64,000 nt of DNA from Eledone cirrhosa (taxonomy: Eukaryota), in NCBI GenBank assembly GCA_964016885.1, contig OZ024740.1, positions 45,446,001 through 45,510,000 of the forward strand. Direction: 5' to 3'. A model generated the notes under the pieces. That model was not told the origin of the DNA, ran no database searches, and saw nothing but the letters and a program-made list of their open reading frames with translations. Below are positions 12,501 through 24,850 of the stretch, one piece after another (position 1 is the stretch's first letter; each line of letters opens with the position of its first letter). The translations under genes were made by a program, and so were the position numbers.

Positions 12501-15500
12501 GCCTGTGTGTTGGTGTAGGGGAGTGTGAGAAGCCGGTGTGTTGGTGTAGGAGTGTGTGAGAAGCCTGTGTGTTGGTGTAGGAGTGTGAGAAGCTGGTGTG
12601 TTGGTGTAGGGGAGTGTGAGAAGCCTGTGTGTTGGTGTAGGAGAGTGTGAGAAGCCTGTGTGTTGGTGTAGGAGAGTGTGAGAAGCCGGTGTGTTGGTGT
12701 AGGGGAGTGTGAGAAGCCTGTGTGTTGGTGTAGGAGAATGTGAGAAGCCTGTGTGTTGGTGTAGGAGAGTGTGAGAAGCCTGTGTGTTGGTGTAGGAGAG
12801 TGTGAGAAGCCTGTGTGTTGGTGTAGGGGAGTGTGAGAAGCCTGTGTGTTGGTGTAGGAGAGTGTGAGAAGCCTGTGTGTTGGTGTAGGAGAGTGTGAGA
12901 AGCCGGTGTGTTCGTGTAGGTGAGTGTGAGAAGCCTGTGTGTTGGTGTAGGGGAGTGTGAGAAGCATGTGTGTTGGTGTAGGAGAGTGTGAGAAGCCTGT
13001 GAGAAGCCTGTGTGTTGGTGTAGGGGAGTGTGAGAAGCCGGTGTGTTGGTGTAGGGGAGTGTGAGAAGCCTGTGTGTTGGTGTAGGAGAGTGTGAGAAGC
13101 CTGTGTGTTGGTGTAGGAGAGTGTGAGAAGCCGGTGTGTTGGTGTAGGAGAGTGTGAGAAGCCTGTGTGTTGGTGTAGGGGAGTGTGAGAAGCCTGTGTG
13201 TTGGTGTAGGGGAGTGTGAGAAGCCTGTGTGTTGGTGTAGGGGAGTGTGAGAAGCCTGTGTGTTGGTGTAGGAGAGTGTGAGAAGCCTGTGTGTTGGTGT
13301 AGGAGTGTGTGAGAAGCCTGTGTGTTGGTGTAGGGGAGTGTGAGAAGCCGTTGTGTTGGTGTAGGGGAGTGTGAGAAGCCTGTGTGTTGGTGTAGGAGAG
13401 TGTGAGAAGCCGGTGTGTTGGTGTAGGAGAGTGTGAGAAGCCTGTGTGTTGGTGTAGGGGAGTGTGAGAAGCCTGTGTGTTGGTGTAGGAGAGTGTGAGA
13501 AGCCTGTGTGTTGGTGTAGGAGTGTGTGAGAAGCCTGTGTGTTGGTGTAGGGGAGTGTGAGAAGCCTGTTTGTTGGTGTAGGAGAGTGTGAGAAGCCGGT
13601 GTGTTGGTGTAGGAGAGTGTGAGAAGCCGGTGTGTTGGTGTAGGAGAGTGTGAGAAGCCGGTGTGTTGGTGTAGGAGAGTGTGAGAAGCCTGTGTGTTGG
13701 TGTAGGAGTGTGTGAGAAGCCTGTGTGTTGGTGTAGGGGAGTGTGAGAAGCCGGTGTGTTGGTGTAGGAGTGTGTGAGAAGCCGTTGTGTTGGTGTAGGG
13801 GAGTGTGAGAAGCCTGTGTGTTGGTGTAGGAGAGTGTGAGAAGCCGGTGTGTTGGTGTAGGAGAGTGTGAGAAGCCGGTGTGTTGGTGTAGGAGAGTGTG
13901 AGAAGCCTGTGTGTTGGTGTAGGAGTGTGTGAGAAGCCTGTGTGTTGGTGTAGGGGAGTGTGAGAAGCCTGTGTGTTGGTGTAGGAGAGTGTGAGAAGCC
14001 GGTGTGTTGGTGTAGGAATGTGTGAGAAGCCTGTGTGTTGGTGTAGGGGAGTGTGAGAAGCCGGTGTGTTGGTGTAGGAGAGTGTGAGAAGCCTGTGTGT
14101 TGGTGTAGGAGAGTGTGAGAAGCCTGTGTGTTGGTGTAGGAGAGTGTGAGAAGCCTGTGTGTTGGTGTAGGAGAGTGTGAGAAGCCGGTGTGTTGGTGTA
14201 GGGGAGTGTGAGAAGCCGGTGTGTTGGTGTAGGGGAGTGTGAGAAGCCTGTGTGTTGGTGTAGGGAGTGTGAGAAGCCGGTGTGTTGGTGTAGGGGAGTG
14301 TGAGAAGCCTGTGTGTTGGTGTAGGAGAGAGTGAGAAGCTGGTGTGTTGGTGTAGGAGAGTGTCTGTGTGTTGGTGTAGGAGAGTGTGAGAAGCCGGTGT
14401 GTTGGTGTAGGAGAGTGTGAGAAGCCGGTGTGGTGGTGTAGGGGAGTGTGAGAAGCTGGTGTGTTGGTGTAGGAGAGTGTGAGAAGCCGGTGTGTTGGTG
14501 TAGGAGAGTGTGAGAAGCCGGTGTGTTGGTGTAGGAGTGTGTGAGAAGCCGGTGTGTTGGTGTAGGAGTGTGAGAAGCCTGTGAGAAGCCGGTGTGTTGG
14601 TGTAGGAGTGTGAGAAGCCTGTGTGTTGGTGTAGGGGAGTGTGAGAAGCCGGTGTGTTGGTGTAGGAGAGTGTGAGAAGCCGGTGTGTTGGTGTAGGAGA
14701 GTGTGAGAAGCCGGTGTGTTGGTGTAGGAGAGTGTGAGAAGCCGGTGTGTTGGTGTAGGAGAGTGTGAGAAGCCGGTGTGTTGGTGTAGGAGAGTGTGAG
14801 AAGCCGGTGTGTTGGTGTAGGAGTGTGAGAAGCCGGTGTGTTGGTGTAGGAGAGTGTGAGAAGCCGGTGTGTTGGTGTAGGAGAGTGTGAGAAGCCGGTG
14901 TGTTGGTGTAGGAGAGTGTGAGAAGCCGGTGTGTTGGTGTAGGAGTGTGAGAAGCCTGTGTGTTGGTGTAGGGGAGTGTGAGAAGCCGGTGTGTTGGTGT
15001 AGGGGAGTGTGAGAAGCCTGTGTGTTGGTGTAGGAGAGTGTGAGAAGCCGGTGTGTTGGTGTAGGAGTGTGTGAGAAGCCGGTGTGTTGGTGTAGGAGAG
15101 TGTGAGAAGCCTGTGTGTTGGTGTAGGGGAGTGTGAGAAGCCGGTGTGTTGGTGTAGGAGAGTGTGAGAAGCCGGTGTGTTGGTGTAGGAGAGTGTGAGA
15201 AGCCTGTGTGTTGGTGTAGGAGAGTGTGAGAAGCCTGTGTGTTGGTGTAGGAGAGTGTGAGAAGCCGGTGTGTTGGTGTAGGAGAGTGTGAGAAGCCTGT
15301 GTGTTGGTGTAGGAGAGTGTGAGAAGCCTGTGTGTTGGTGTAGGAGAGTGTGAGAAGCCGGTGTGTTGGTGTAGGAGAGTGTGAGAAGCCTGTGTGTTGG
15401 TGTAGGAGAGTGTGAGAAGCCTGTGTGTTGGTGTAGGAGAGTGTGAGAAGCCTGTGTGTTGGTGTAGGAGAGTGTGAGAAGCCTGTGTGTTGGTGTAGGA

Positions 15501-18500
15501 GAGTGTGAGAAGCCTGTGTGTTGGTGTAGGAGAGTGTGAGAAGCCTGTGTGTTGGTGTAGGAGAGTGTGAGAAGCCTGTGTGTTGGTGTAGGAGAGTGTG
15601 AGAAGCCTGTGTGTTGGTGTAGGGGAGTGTGAGAAGCCTGTGTGTTGGTGTAGGGGAGTGTGAGAAGCCGGTGTGTTGGTGTAGGGGAGTGTGAGAAGCC
15701 AGTGTGTTGGTGTAGGGGAGTGTGAGAAGCCGTTGTGTTGGTGTAGGAGAGTGTGAGAAGCCTGTGTGTTGGTGTAGGAGAGTGTGAGAAGCCGGTGTGT
15801 TGGTGTAGGGGAGTGAGAGAAGCCTGTGTGTTGGTGTAGGGGAGTGTGAGAAGCCGGTGTGTTGGTGTAGGGGAGTGTGAGAAGCCGGTGTGTTGGTGTA
15901 GGAGAGTGTGAGAAGCCTGTGTGTTGGTGTAGGAGAGTGTGAGAAGCCGGTGTGTTGGTGTAGGAGAGTGTGAGAAGCCTGTGTGTTGGTGTAGGAGAGT
16001 GTGAGAAGCCGGTGTGTTGGTGTAGGAGAGTGTGAGAAGCCTGTGTGTTGGTGTAGGAGAGTGTGAGAAGCCGGTGTGTTGGTGTAGGAGAGTGTGAGAA
16101 GCCGGTGTGTTGGTGTAGGAGAGTGTGAGAAGCCTGTGTGTTGGTGTAGGGGAGTGTGAGAAGCCGGTGTGTTGGTGTAGGGGAGTGTGAGAAGCCGGTG
16201 TGTTGGTGTAGGAGAGTGTGAGAAGCCGGTGTGTTGGTGTAGGAGAGTGTGAGAAGCCTGTGTGTTGGTGTAGGAGAGTGTGAGAAGCCGGTGTGTTGGT
16301 GTAGGAGTGTGTGAGAAGCCTGTGTGTTGGTGTAGGAGAGTGTGAGAAGCCGGTGTGTTGGTGTAGGAGAGTGTGAGAAGCCTGTGTGTTGGTGTAGGGG
16401 AGTGTGAGAAGCCGGTGTGTTGGTGTAGGGGAGTGTGAGAAGCCGGTGTGTTGGTGTAGGAGAGTGTGAGAAGCCGGTGTGTTGGTGTAGGAGAGTGTGA
16501 GAAGCCGGTGTGTTGGTGTAGGAGTGTGTGAGAAGCCGGTGTGTTGGTGTAGGAGAGTGTGAGAAGCCGGTGTGTTGGTGTAGGAGAGTGTGAGAAGCCT
16601 GTGTGTTGGTGTAGGGGAGTGTGAGAAGCCTGTGTGTTGGTGTAGGGGAGTGTGAGAAGCCGTTGTGTTGGTGTAGGAGAGTGTGAGAAGCCTGTGTGTT
16701 GGTGTAGGAGAGTGTGAGAAGCCGGTGTGTTGGTGTAGGGGAGTGAGAGAAGCCTGTGTGTTGGTGTAGGGGAGTGTGAGAAGCCGGTGTGTTGGTGTAG
16801 GGGAGTGTGAGAAGCCGGTGTGTTGGTGTAGGAGAGTGTGAGAAGCCTGTGTGTTGGTGTAGGAGAGTGTGAGAAGCCGGTGTGTTGGTGTAGGAGAGTG
16901 TGAGAAGCCTGTGTGTTGGTGTAGGAGAGTGTGAGAAGCCGGTGTGTTGGTGTAGGAGAGTGTGAGAAGCCTGTGTGTTGGTGTAGGAGTGTGTGAGAAG
17001 CCTGTGTGTTGGTGTAGGAGAGTGTGAGAAGCCGGTGTGTTGGTGTAGGAGTGTGTGAGAAGCCGGTGTGTTGGTGTAGGGGAGTGTGAGAAACCGGTGT
17101 GTTGGTGTAGGAGAGTGTGAGAAGCCGGTGTGTTGGTGTAGGAGAGTGTGAGAAGCCTGTGTGTTGGTGTAGGAGAGTGTGAGAAGCCGGTGTGTTGGTG
17201 TAGGAGTGTGTGAGAAGCCTGTGTGTTGGTGTAGGAGAGTGTGAGAAGCCGGTGTGTTGGTGTAGGAGAGTGTGAGAAGCCGGTGTGTTGGTGTAGGAGA
17301 GTGTGAGAAGCCGGTGTGTTGGTGTAGGAGAGTGTGAGAAGCCGGTGTGTTGGTGTAGGAGTGTGAGAAGCCTGTGTGTTGGTGTAGGGGAGTGTGAGAA
17401 GCCGGTGTGTTGGTGTAGGGAGTGTGAGAAGCCTGTGTGTTGGTGTAGGAGAGTGTGAGAAGCCGGTGTGTTGGTGTAGGAGTGTGTGAGAAGCCGGTGT
17501 GTTGGTGTAGGAGAGTGTGAGAAGCCTGTGTGTTGGTGTAGGGGAGTGTGAGAAGCCGGTGTGTTGGTGTAGGAGAGTGTGAGAAGCCGGTGTGTTGGTG
17601 TAGGAGAGTGTGAGAAGCCTGTGTGTTGGTGTAGGGGAGTGTGAGAAGCCTGTGTGTTGGTGTAGGAGAGTGTGAGAAGCCTGTGTGTTGGTGTAGGAGA
17701 GTGTGAGAAGCCGGTGTGTTGGTGTAGGAGAGTGTGAGAAGCCTGTGTGTTGGTGTAGGAGAGTGTGAGAAGCCGGTGTGTTGGTGTAGGGGAGTGAGAG
17801 AAGCCTGTGTGTTGGTGTAGGGGAGTGTGAGAAGCCGGTGTGTTGGTGTAGGGGAGTGTGAGAAGCCGGTGTGTTGGTGTAGGAGAGTGTGAGAAGCCTG
17901 TGTGTTGGTGTAGGAGAGTGTGAGAAGCCGGTGTGTTGGTGTAGGAGAGTGTGAGAAGCCTGTGTGTTGGTGTAGGAGAGTGTGAGAAGCCGGTGTGTTG
18001 GTGTAGGAGAGTGTGAGAAGCCTGTGTGTTGGTGTAGGAGAGTGTGAGAAGCCGGTGTGTTGGTGTAGGAGAGTGTGAGAAGCCTGTGTGTTGGTGTAGG
18101 GGAGTGTGAGAAGCCGGTGTGTTGGTGTAGGGGAGTGTGAGAAGCCGGTGTGTTGGTGTAGGAGAGTGTGAGAAGCCGGTGTGTTGGTGTAGGAGAGTGT
18201 GAGAAGCCTGTGTGTTGGTGTAGGAGAGTGTGAGAAGCCGGTGTGTTGGTGTAGGAGTGTGTGAGAAGCCTGTGTGTTGGTGTAGGAGAGTGTGAGAAGC
18301 CGGTGTGTTGGTGTAGGAGAGTGTGAGAAGCCTGTGTGTTGGTGTAGGGGAGTGTGAGAAGCCGGTGTGTTGGTGTAGGGGAGTGTGAGAAGCCGGTGTG
18401 TTGGTGTAGGAGAGTGTGAGAAGCCGGTGTGTTGGTGTAGGAGAGTGTGAGAAGCCGGTGTGTTGGTGTAGGAGTGTGTGAGAAGCCGGTGTGTTGGTGT

Positions 18501-21240
18501 AGGAGAGTGTGAGAAGCCGGTGTGTTGGTGTAGGAGAGTGTGAGAAGCCTGTGTGTTGGTGTTAGGGGAGTGTGAGAAGCCTGTGTGTTGGTGTAGGAGG
18601 AGTGTGAGAAGCCGTTGTGTTGGTGTAGGAGAGTGTGAGAAGCCTGTGTGTTGGTGTAGGGGAGTGAGAGAAGCCTGTGTGTTGGTGTAGGAGAGTGTGA
18701 GAAGCCGGTGTGTTGGTGTAGGAGAGTGTGAGAAGCCTGTGTGTTGGTGTAGGGGAGTGTGAGAAGCCGGTGTGTTGGTGTAGGGGAGTGTGAGAAGCCG
18801 GTGTGTTGGTGTAGGAGAGTGTGAGAAGCCGGTGTGTTGGTGTAGGAGAGTGTGAGAAGCCTGTGTGTTGGTGTAGGAGAGTGTGAGAAGCCGGTGTGTT
18901 GGTGTAGGAGTGTGTGAGAAGCCTGTGTGTTGGTGTAGGAGAGTGTGAGAAGCCTGTGTGTTGGTGTAGGGGAGTGTGAGAAGCCGTTGTGTTGGTGTAG
19001 GAGAGTGTGAGAAGCCTGTGTGTTGGTGTAGGAGAGTGTGAGAAGCCGGTGTGTTGGTGTAGGGGAGTGAGAGAAGCCTGTGTGTTGGTGTAGGGGAGTG
19101 TGAGAAGCCGGTGTGTTGGTGTAGGGGAGTGTGAGAAGCCGGTGTGTTGGTGTAGGAGAGTGTGAGAAGCCTGTGTGTTGGTGTAGGAGAGTGTGAGAAG
19201 CCGGTGTGTTGGTGTAGGAGAGTGTGAGAAGCCTGTGTGTTGGTGTAGGAGAGTGTGAGAAGCCGGTGTGTTGGTGTAGGAGAGTGTGAGAAGCCTGTGT
19301 GTTGGTGTAGGAGAGTGTGAGAAGCCGGTGTGTTGGTGTAGGAGAGTGTGAGAAGCCGGTGTGTTGGTGTAGGAGAGTGTGAGAAGCCGGTGTGTTGGTG
19401 TAGGGGAGTGTGAGAACCGGTGTGTTGGTGTAGGAGAGTGTGAGAAGCCGGTGTGTTGGTGTAGGAGAGTGTGAGAAGCCTGTGTGTTGGTGTAGGAGAG
19501 TGTGAGAAGCCGGTGTGTTGGTGTAGGAGTGTGTGAGAAGCCTGTGTGTTGGTGTAGGAGAGTGTGAGAAGCCGGTGTGTTGGTGTAGGAGAGTGTGAGA
19601 AGCCGGTGTGTTGGTGTAGGAGAGTGTGAGAAGCCGGTGTGTTGGTGTAGGAGAGTGTGAGAAGCCGGTGTGTTGGTGTAGGGAGTGTGAGAAGCCTGTG
19701 TGTTGGTGTAGGGGAGTGTGAGAAGCCGGTGTGTTGGTGTAGGGGAGTGTGAGAAGCCTGTGTGTTGGTGTAGGAGAGTGTGAGAAGCCGGTGTGTTGGT
19801 GTAGGAGAGTGTGAGAAGCCGGTGTGTTGGTGTAGGAGAGTGTGAGAAGCCTGTGTGTTGGTGTAGGAGAGTGTGAGAAGCCGGTGTGTTGGTGTAGGAG
19901 AGTGTGAGAAGCCGGTGTGTTGGTGTAGGAGAGTGTGAGAAGCCGGTGTGTTGGTGTAGGAGAGTGTGAGAAGCCGGTGTGTTGGTGTAGGAGAGTGTGA
20001 GAAGCCGGTGTGTTGGTGTAGGAGAGTGTGAGAAGCCTGTGTGTTGGTGTAGGAGAGTGTGAGAAGCCGGTGTGTTGGTGTAGGAGAGTGTGAGAAGCCG
20101 GTGTGTTGGTGTAGGAGAGTGTGAGAAGCCGGTGTGTTGGTGTAGGAGAGTGTGAGAAGCCGGTGTGTTGGTGTAGGAGAGTGTGAGAAGCCGGTGTGTT
20201 GGTGTAGGAGAGTGTGAGAAGCCGGTGTGTTGGTGTAGGAGAGTGTGAGAAGCCGGTGTGTTGGTGTAGGAGAGTGTGAGAAGCCGGTGTGTTGGTGTAG
20301 GAGAGTGTGAGAAGCCGGTGTGTTGGTGTAGGAGAGTGTGAGAAGCCTGTGTGTTGGTGTAGGAGAGTGTGAGAAGCCGGTGTGTTGGTGTAGGAGAGTG
20401 TGAGAAGCCGTGTGTTGGTGTAGGAGAGTGTGAGAAGCCGGTGTGTTGGTGTAGGAGAGTGTGAGAAGCCTGTGTGTTGGTGTAGGAGAGTGTGAGAAGC
20501 CGGTGTGTTGGTGAGGGAGTGTGAGAAGCCGGTGTGTTGGTGTAGGAGAGTGTGAGAAGCCGGTGTGTTGGTGTAGGAGAGTGTGAGAAGCCTGTGTGTT
20601 GGTGTAGGGAGTGTGAGAAGCCGGTGTGTTGGTGTAGGAGAGTGTGAGAAGCCGGTGTGTTGGTGTAGGAGAGTGTGAGAAGCCGGTGTGTTGGTGTAGG
20701 AGAGTGTGAGAAGCCGTGTGTTGGTGTAGGAGAGTGTGAGAAGCCTGTGTGTTGGTGTAGGAGAGTGTGAGAAGCCGGTGTGTTGGTGTAGGAGAGTGTG
20801 AGAAGCCGGTGTGTTGGTGTAGGAGAGTGTGAGAAGCCGGTGTGTTGGTGTAGGAGAGTGTGAGAAGCCGGTGTGTTGGTGTAGGGAGTGTGAGAAGCCT
20901 GTGTGTTGGTGTAGGAGAGTGTGAGAAGCCGGTGTGTTGGTGTAGGAGAGTGTGAGAAGCCGGTGTGTTGGTGTAGGAGGAGTGTGAGAAGCCGGTGTGT
21001 TGGTGTAGGAGAGTGTGAGAAGCCGGTGTGTTGGTGTAGGAGAGTGTGAGAAGCCTGTGTGTTGGTGTAGGAGAGTGTGAGAAGCCGTACTCCGTGCTTG
21101 ATGTAGAGGAGAGTGTGAGGAAGCCGAGTGTGTTGGTGTAGGAGAGTGTGAGAAGCCGTGTGTGGTGGGGTGTGGTGGGTGTGTAGGGTAGGAGTGTGTG
21201 AGAAGCCTGTGTGTTGGTGTAGGAGAGTGTGAGAAAGCCG
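6565..21240. repeat. 31-bp tandem satellite/minisatellite array, ~14.7 kb (~470 units), truncated by the assembly gap
   Basis: Consensus GTGTGAGAAGCC(T/G)GTGTGTTGGTGTAGG(A/G)GA with 29-bp deletion variants; continuous up to the N run. Confidence 0.99.
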
Positions 21241-21440
21241 NNNNNNNNNNNNNNNNNNNNNNNNNNNNNNNNNNNNNNNNNNNNNNNNNNNNNNNNNNNN
21301 NNNNNNNNNNNNNNNNNNNNNNNNNNNNNNNNNNNNNNNNNNNNNNNNNNNNNNNNNNNNNNNNNNNNNNNNNNNNNNNNNNNNNNNNNNNNNNNNNNNN
21401 NNNNNNNNNNNNNNNNNNNNNNNNNNNNNNNNNNNNNNNN
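21241..21440. other. Assembly gap (200 N)
   Basis: Run of N; the round size suggests a placeholder of unknown true length. Confidence 1.
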
Positions 21441-21553
21441 TATATATATATATAATATATATATTATATATATATATATATATAATATATATATATATAA
21501 TATATATAATATATATATATTATATATATATATATTATATATATTATATATAT

Positions 21554-21611
<58 letters not shown>

Positions 21612-21636
21612 TATATATAATATATATATATAATAT

Positions 21637-21691
<55 letters not shown>

Positions 21692-22297
21692 ATATATATA
21701 ATATATATATATAATATATATAATATATATATATAATATATATAATATATATATATAATATATATAATATATATATATAATATATATAATATATATATAT
21801 ATAATATATATATATAATATATATAATATATATATATATATATATAATATATATATAATATATATATATATAATATATATATAATATATATATATATAAT
21901 ATATATATAATATATATATATAATATATATATAATATATATATATATAATATATATATAATATATATATATAATATATATATAATATATATATATAATAT
22001 ATATATATAATATATATATAATATATATATATAATATATATATAATATATATATATAATATATATATAATATATATATATAATATATATATAATATATAT
22101 ATAATATATATATAATATATATATATAATATATATATAATATATATATATAATATATATATAATATATATATAATAAATATATAATATATATATAATATA
22201 TATATAATATATATATATAATATATATATAATATATATATAATATATATATAATATATATATATAATATATATATAATATATATATAATATATATAT

Positions 22298-22331
<34 letters not shown>

Positions 22332-23019
22332 CATATATATATCATATATTATATCATATATATATCATATATATATATCATATATATATCATATATATAT
22401 ATAATATATATATAATATATATATAATATATATATAATATATATATAATATATATATAATATATATATAATATATATATCATATATATATCATATATATA
22501 TCATATATATATAATATATATATAATATATATATAATATATATATAATATATATAATATATATATAATATATATATATAATATATATATATAATATATAT
22601 ATTATATATATATAATATATATATATAATATATATATATAATATATATATATAATATATATATATAATATATATATATAATATATATATATATATAATAT
22701 ATAATATATATAATATATAATATATATAATATATAATATATAATAATATATATAATATATATAATATATATAATATATATAATATATATAATATATAATA
22801 TATAATATATAATATATATAATATATATAATATATAATATATATAATATATATAATATATAATATATATAATATATATAATATATATAATATATAATATA
22901 TAATATATATAATATATAATATATATAATATATAATATATATAATATATATAATATATATATATATAATATAAATATATATATATATAATATTATATAAT
23001 ATATATATATATATATATA
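21441..23019. repeat. (TA)n-derived low-complexity tract, ~1.6 kb
   Basis: Almost only T and A, with units such as TATATATAA and TATATATATCA. Confidence 0.99.
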
Positions 23020-24389
23020 TTCAAGACCGGCTGCCCATGGGAACTCCTATACGCAGATGATCTAACGCTCATAGCTGAATCAATGGCTGAGCTAGAGAAG
23101 AAATTCTAAACATGGAAGCACGGCCTAGAATCAAAAGGCTTTAAAATTAACCTGGCTAAGACTAAAGTTCTAGTTTGTAGGAAAGAAAATAAGGCGCCGG
23201 TCCCTTCCGCGAAATGGCCATGCTCAGTGTGTAGGAAAGGCGTAGGTAGAAACTCCATTTTATGTCCCAAATGCAAAGTATGGGTGCATAAAAGATGTAA
23301 TGGGATCATAGGTAAGCTAAGAACATAGATTTTACATGTGGCCGATGCTCTGGTGCAATAAGTAGCAGCAAGTGCCCACAAAATACTAGCTCTTTCATTG
23401 CGCAGAGGGTTCTATAGAAATAGTGGACAGCTTCCGTTACCTGGGTGACAAAATCAGCAGTGGGGGAGGGTGCTCTGAAAGTAAAGTAGCTAGGGTCAGA
23501 ACTGGATGGAAAAAGTTCAGAGAGCTTATACCACTATTAACCGCTAAAGGGTTCTCCCTAAAAATGAAAGGCAGGCTGTATGATGCCTGCATACGAACAG
23601 CAATGTTGCATGGCAGTGAGACCTGGAATTGTGCGCAGAGGATATACGCAGACTAGAGAGGAACGAAGCTTGCATGCTCCGCTGGATGTGTAATAGTAAT
23701 ATACGTGAACGGCAAAGCATAAACGAACTAAGGAAAAAATTGAAATAAGAGGGATCAGATGTTGTTTACTTGAGAGAAGGCTACGTTGGTATGGTCACGT
23801 GAAGCGCATGAAAGACGACAGCTGTATAACAAAGTGCAGGGCAATAAAGATAGACGGTCGCTACGGAGTAGGCAGACCCAGAAAAACTGGGACGAGCTGA
23901 TAAATTCCGACCTCACACACTTACACCTCTTTCAAGACAATGTCACTGGACCGAGACCTTTGGCGGTACTCAGTAATAGAGAAGACCCGCCTTACCTAAA
24001 TACAAAGTAAAACCTACTACAGTCAGTAGACATCTCTAACAAAATACATCCCCGTTCCCACCACCCCCACCCCATCCACACCGCCCCCTTTCAATGTAAA
24101 GTTATGTTGGTGCCACAACATCCAGGCCGAAACAAATGAGATCGTGTAGGTGTCACGACAAAAAAACACAGTCCACGCTGTAATGTGGCCGTGTAGGCAA
24201 CACGGTAAAAACCTCCCAGCCCCACACTGTAAATGTGGTTGGTGTTAGGAAGGGCATCCAGCTGTAGAAAACCCGCCAGACAGTCCTATGCGAGCAAGAC
24301 AATCACTCTTGCCTCAAGTGGGAAAACTCCGTCCAAACCCATGCAAGCGTGGAACACGGACGTTAAACGATGATGATGATGATGATGAT
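23020..24389 (+). mobile_element. 5'-truncated RTE LINE (subfamily A) with 3' UTR and (GAT)n tail
   Basis: Starts FKTGCPWELLYADD, closely matches the copy at 60657-62130, carries stops and frameshifts, and ends ggacgttaaac(gat)n. Confidence 0.93.
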
Positions 24390-24502
24390 ATATTAATCTG
24401 TTATTTTAATAAATATTTGCTCTACGGTTCTTATATATTTGATATATATTTATCCTTATCGAGCCCTCTTTGGATTTTAGTCTTCAAATTTATTATTATT
24501 AC

Positions 24503-24542
<40 letters not shown>

Positions 24543-24730
24543 GACGTTAAACGAAGATGATGATGATATATATATGATTATAAGTGTGTATTTTTAGCCT
24601 AACCAGTCATAGACTATGGCATTAAAATGCTTGTTGTTTATATTAAAAGATTTTAAGTAAAAACATAAAAATAATGTAGATAAATTATTGACATTTTTAA
24701 AAAGTAGATATACATATTTTTATTCCTCAG

Positions 24731-24850
24731 ATTGTGATGGCATTTGTGGTATTGACAAAGCAATACCAGTCTAGTAATACTGATGCACTGAAAAAAGAAC
24801 TTCAGGAACATGTAAAGTCTGTTACAGCTCCTTACAAATATCCACGTCGG
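24731..24850 (+). CDS. ACSM3: ACSM-like penultimate exon (120 nt)
   Basis: cctcag|ATT GTG ATG..CCA CGT CGG|gtaggt. Confidence 0.9.

Noticed and set aside
6565-21240. CRISPR array or telomeric repeat
   Set aside because: The units are contiguous with no unique spacers and the context is eukaryotic. The unit is not TTAGGG-like despite the G/T strand bias.
6519-22334. 5271-aa ORF (and nested 410-aa ORF 11735-12967) as a real mucin-like or His/Thr-rich protein
   Set aside because: It begins in a (TA)n tract, crosses the N gap, and is open only because the 31-bp unit lacks stop triplets on this strand. Frequent 1-2-nt indels show no frame constraint.
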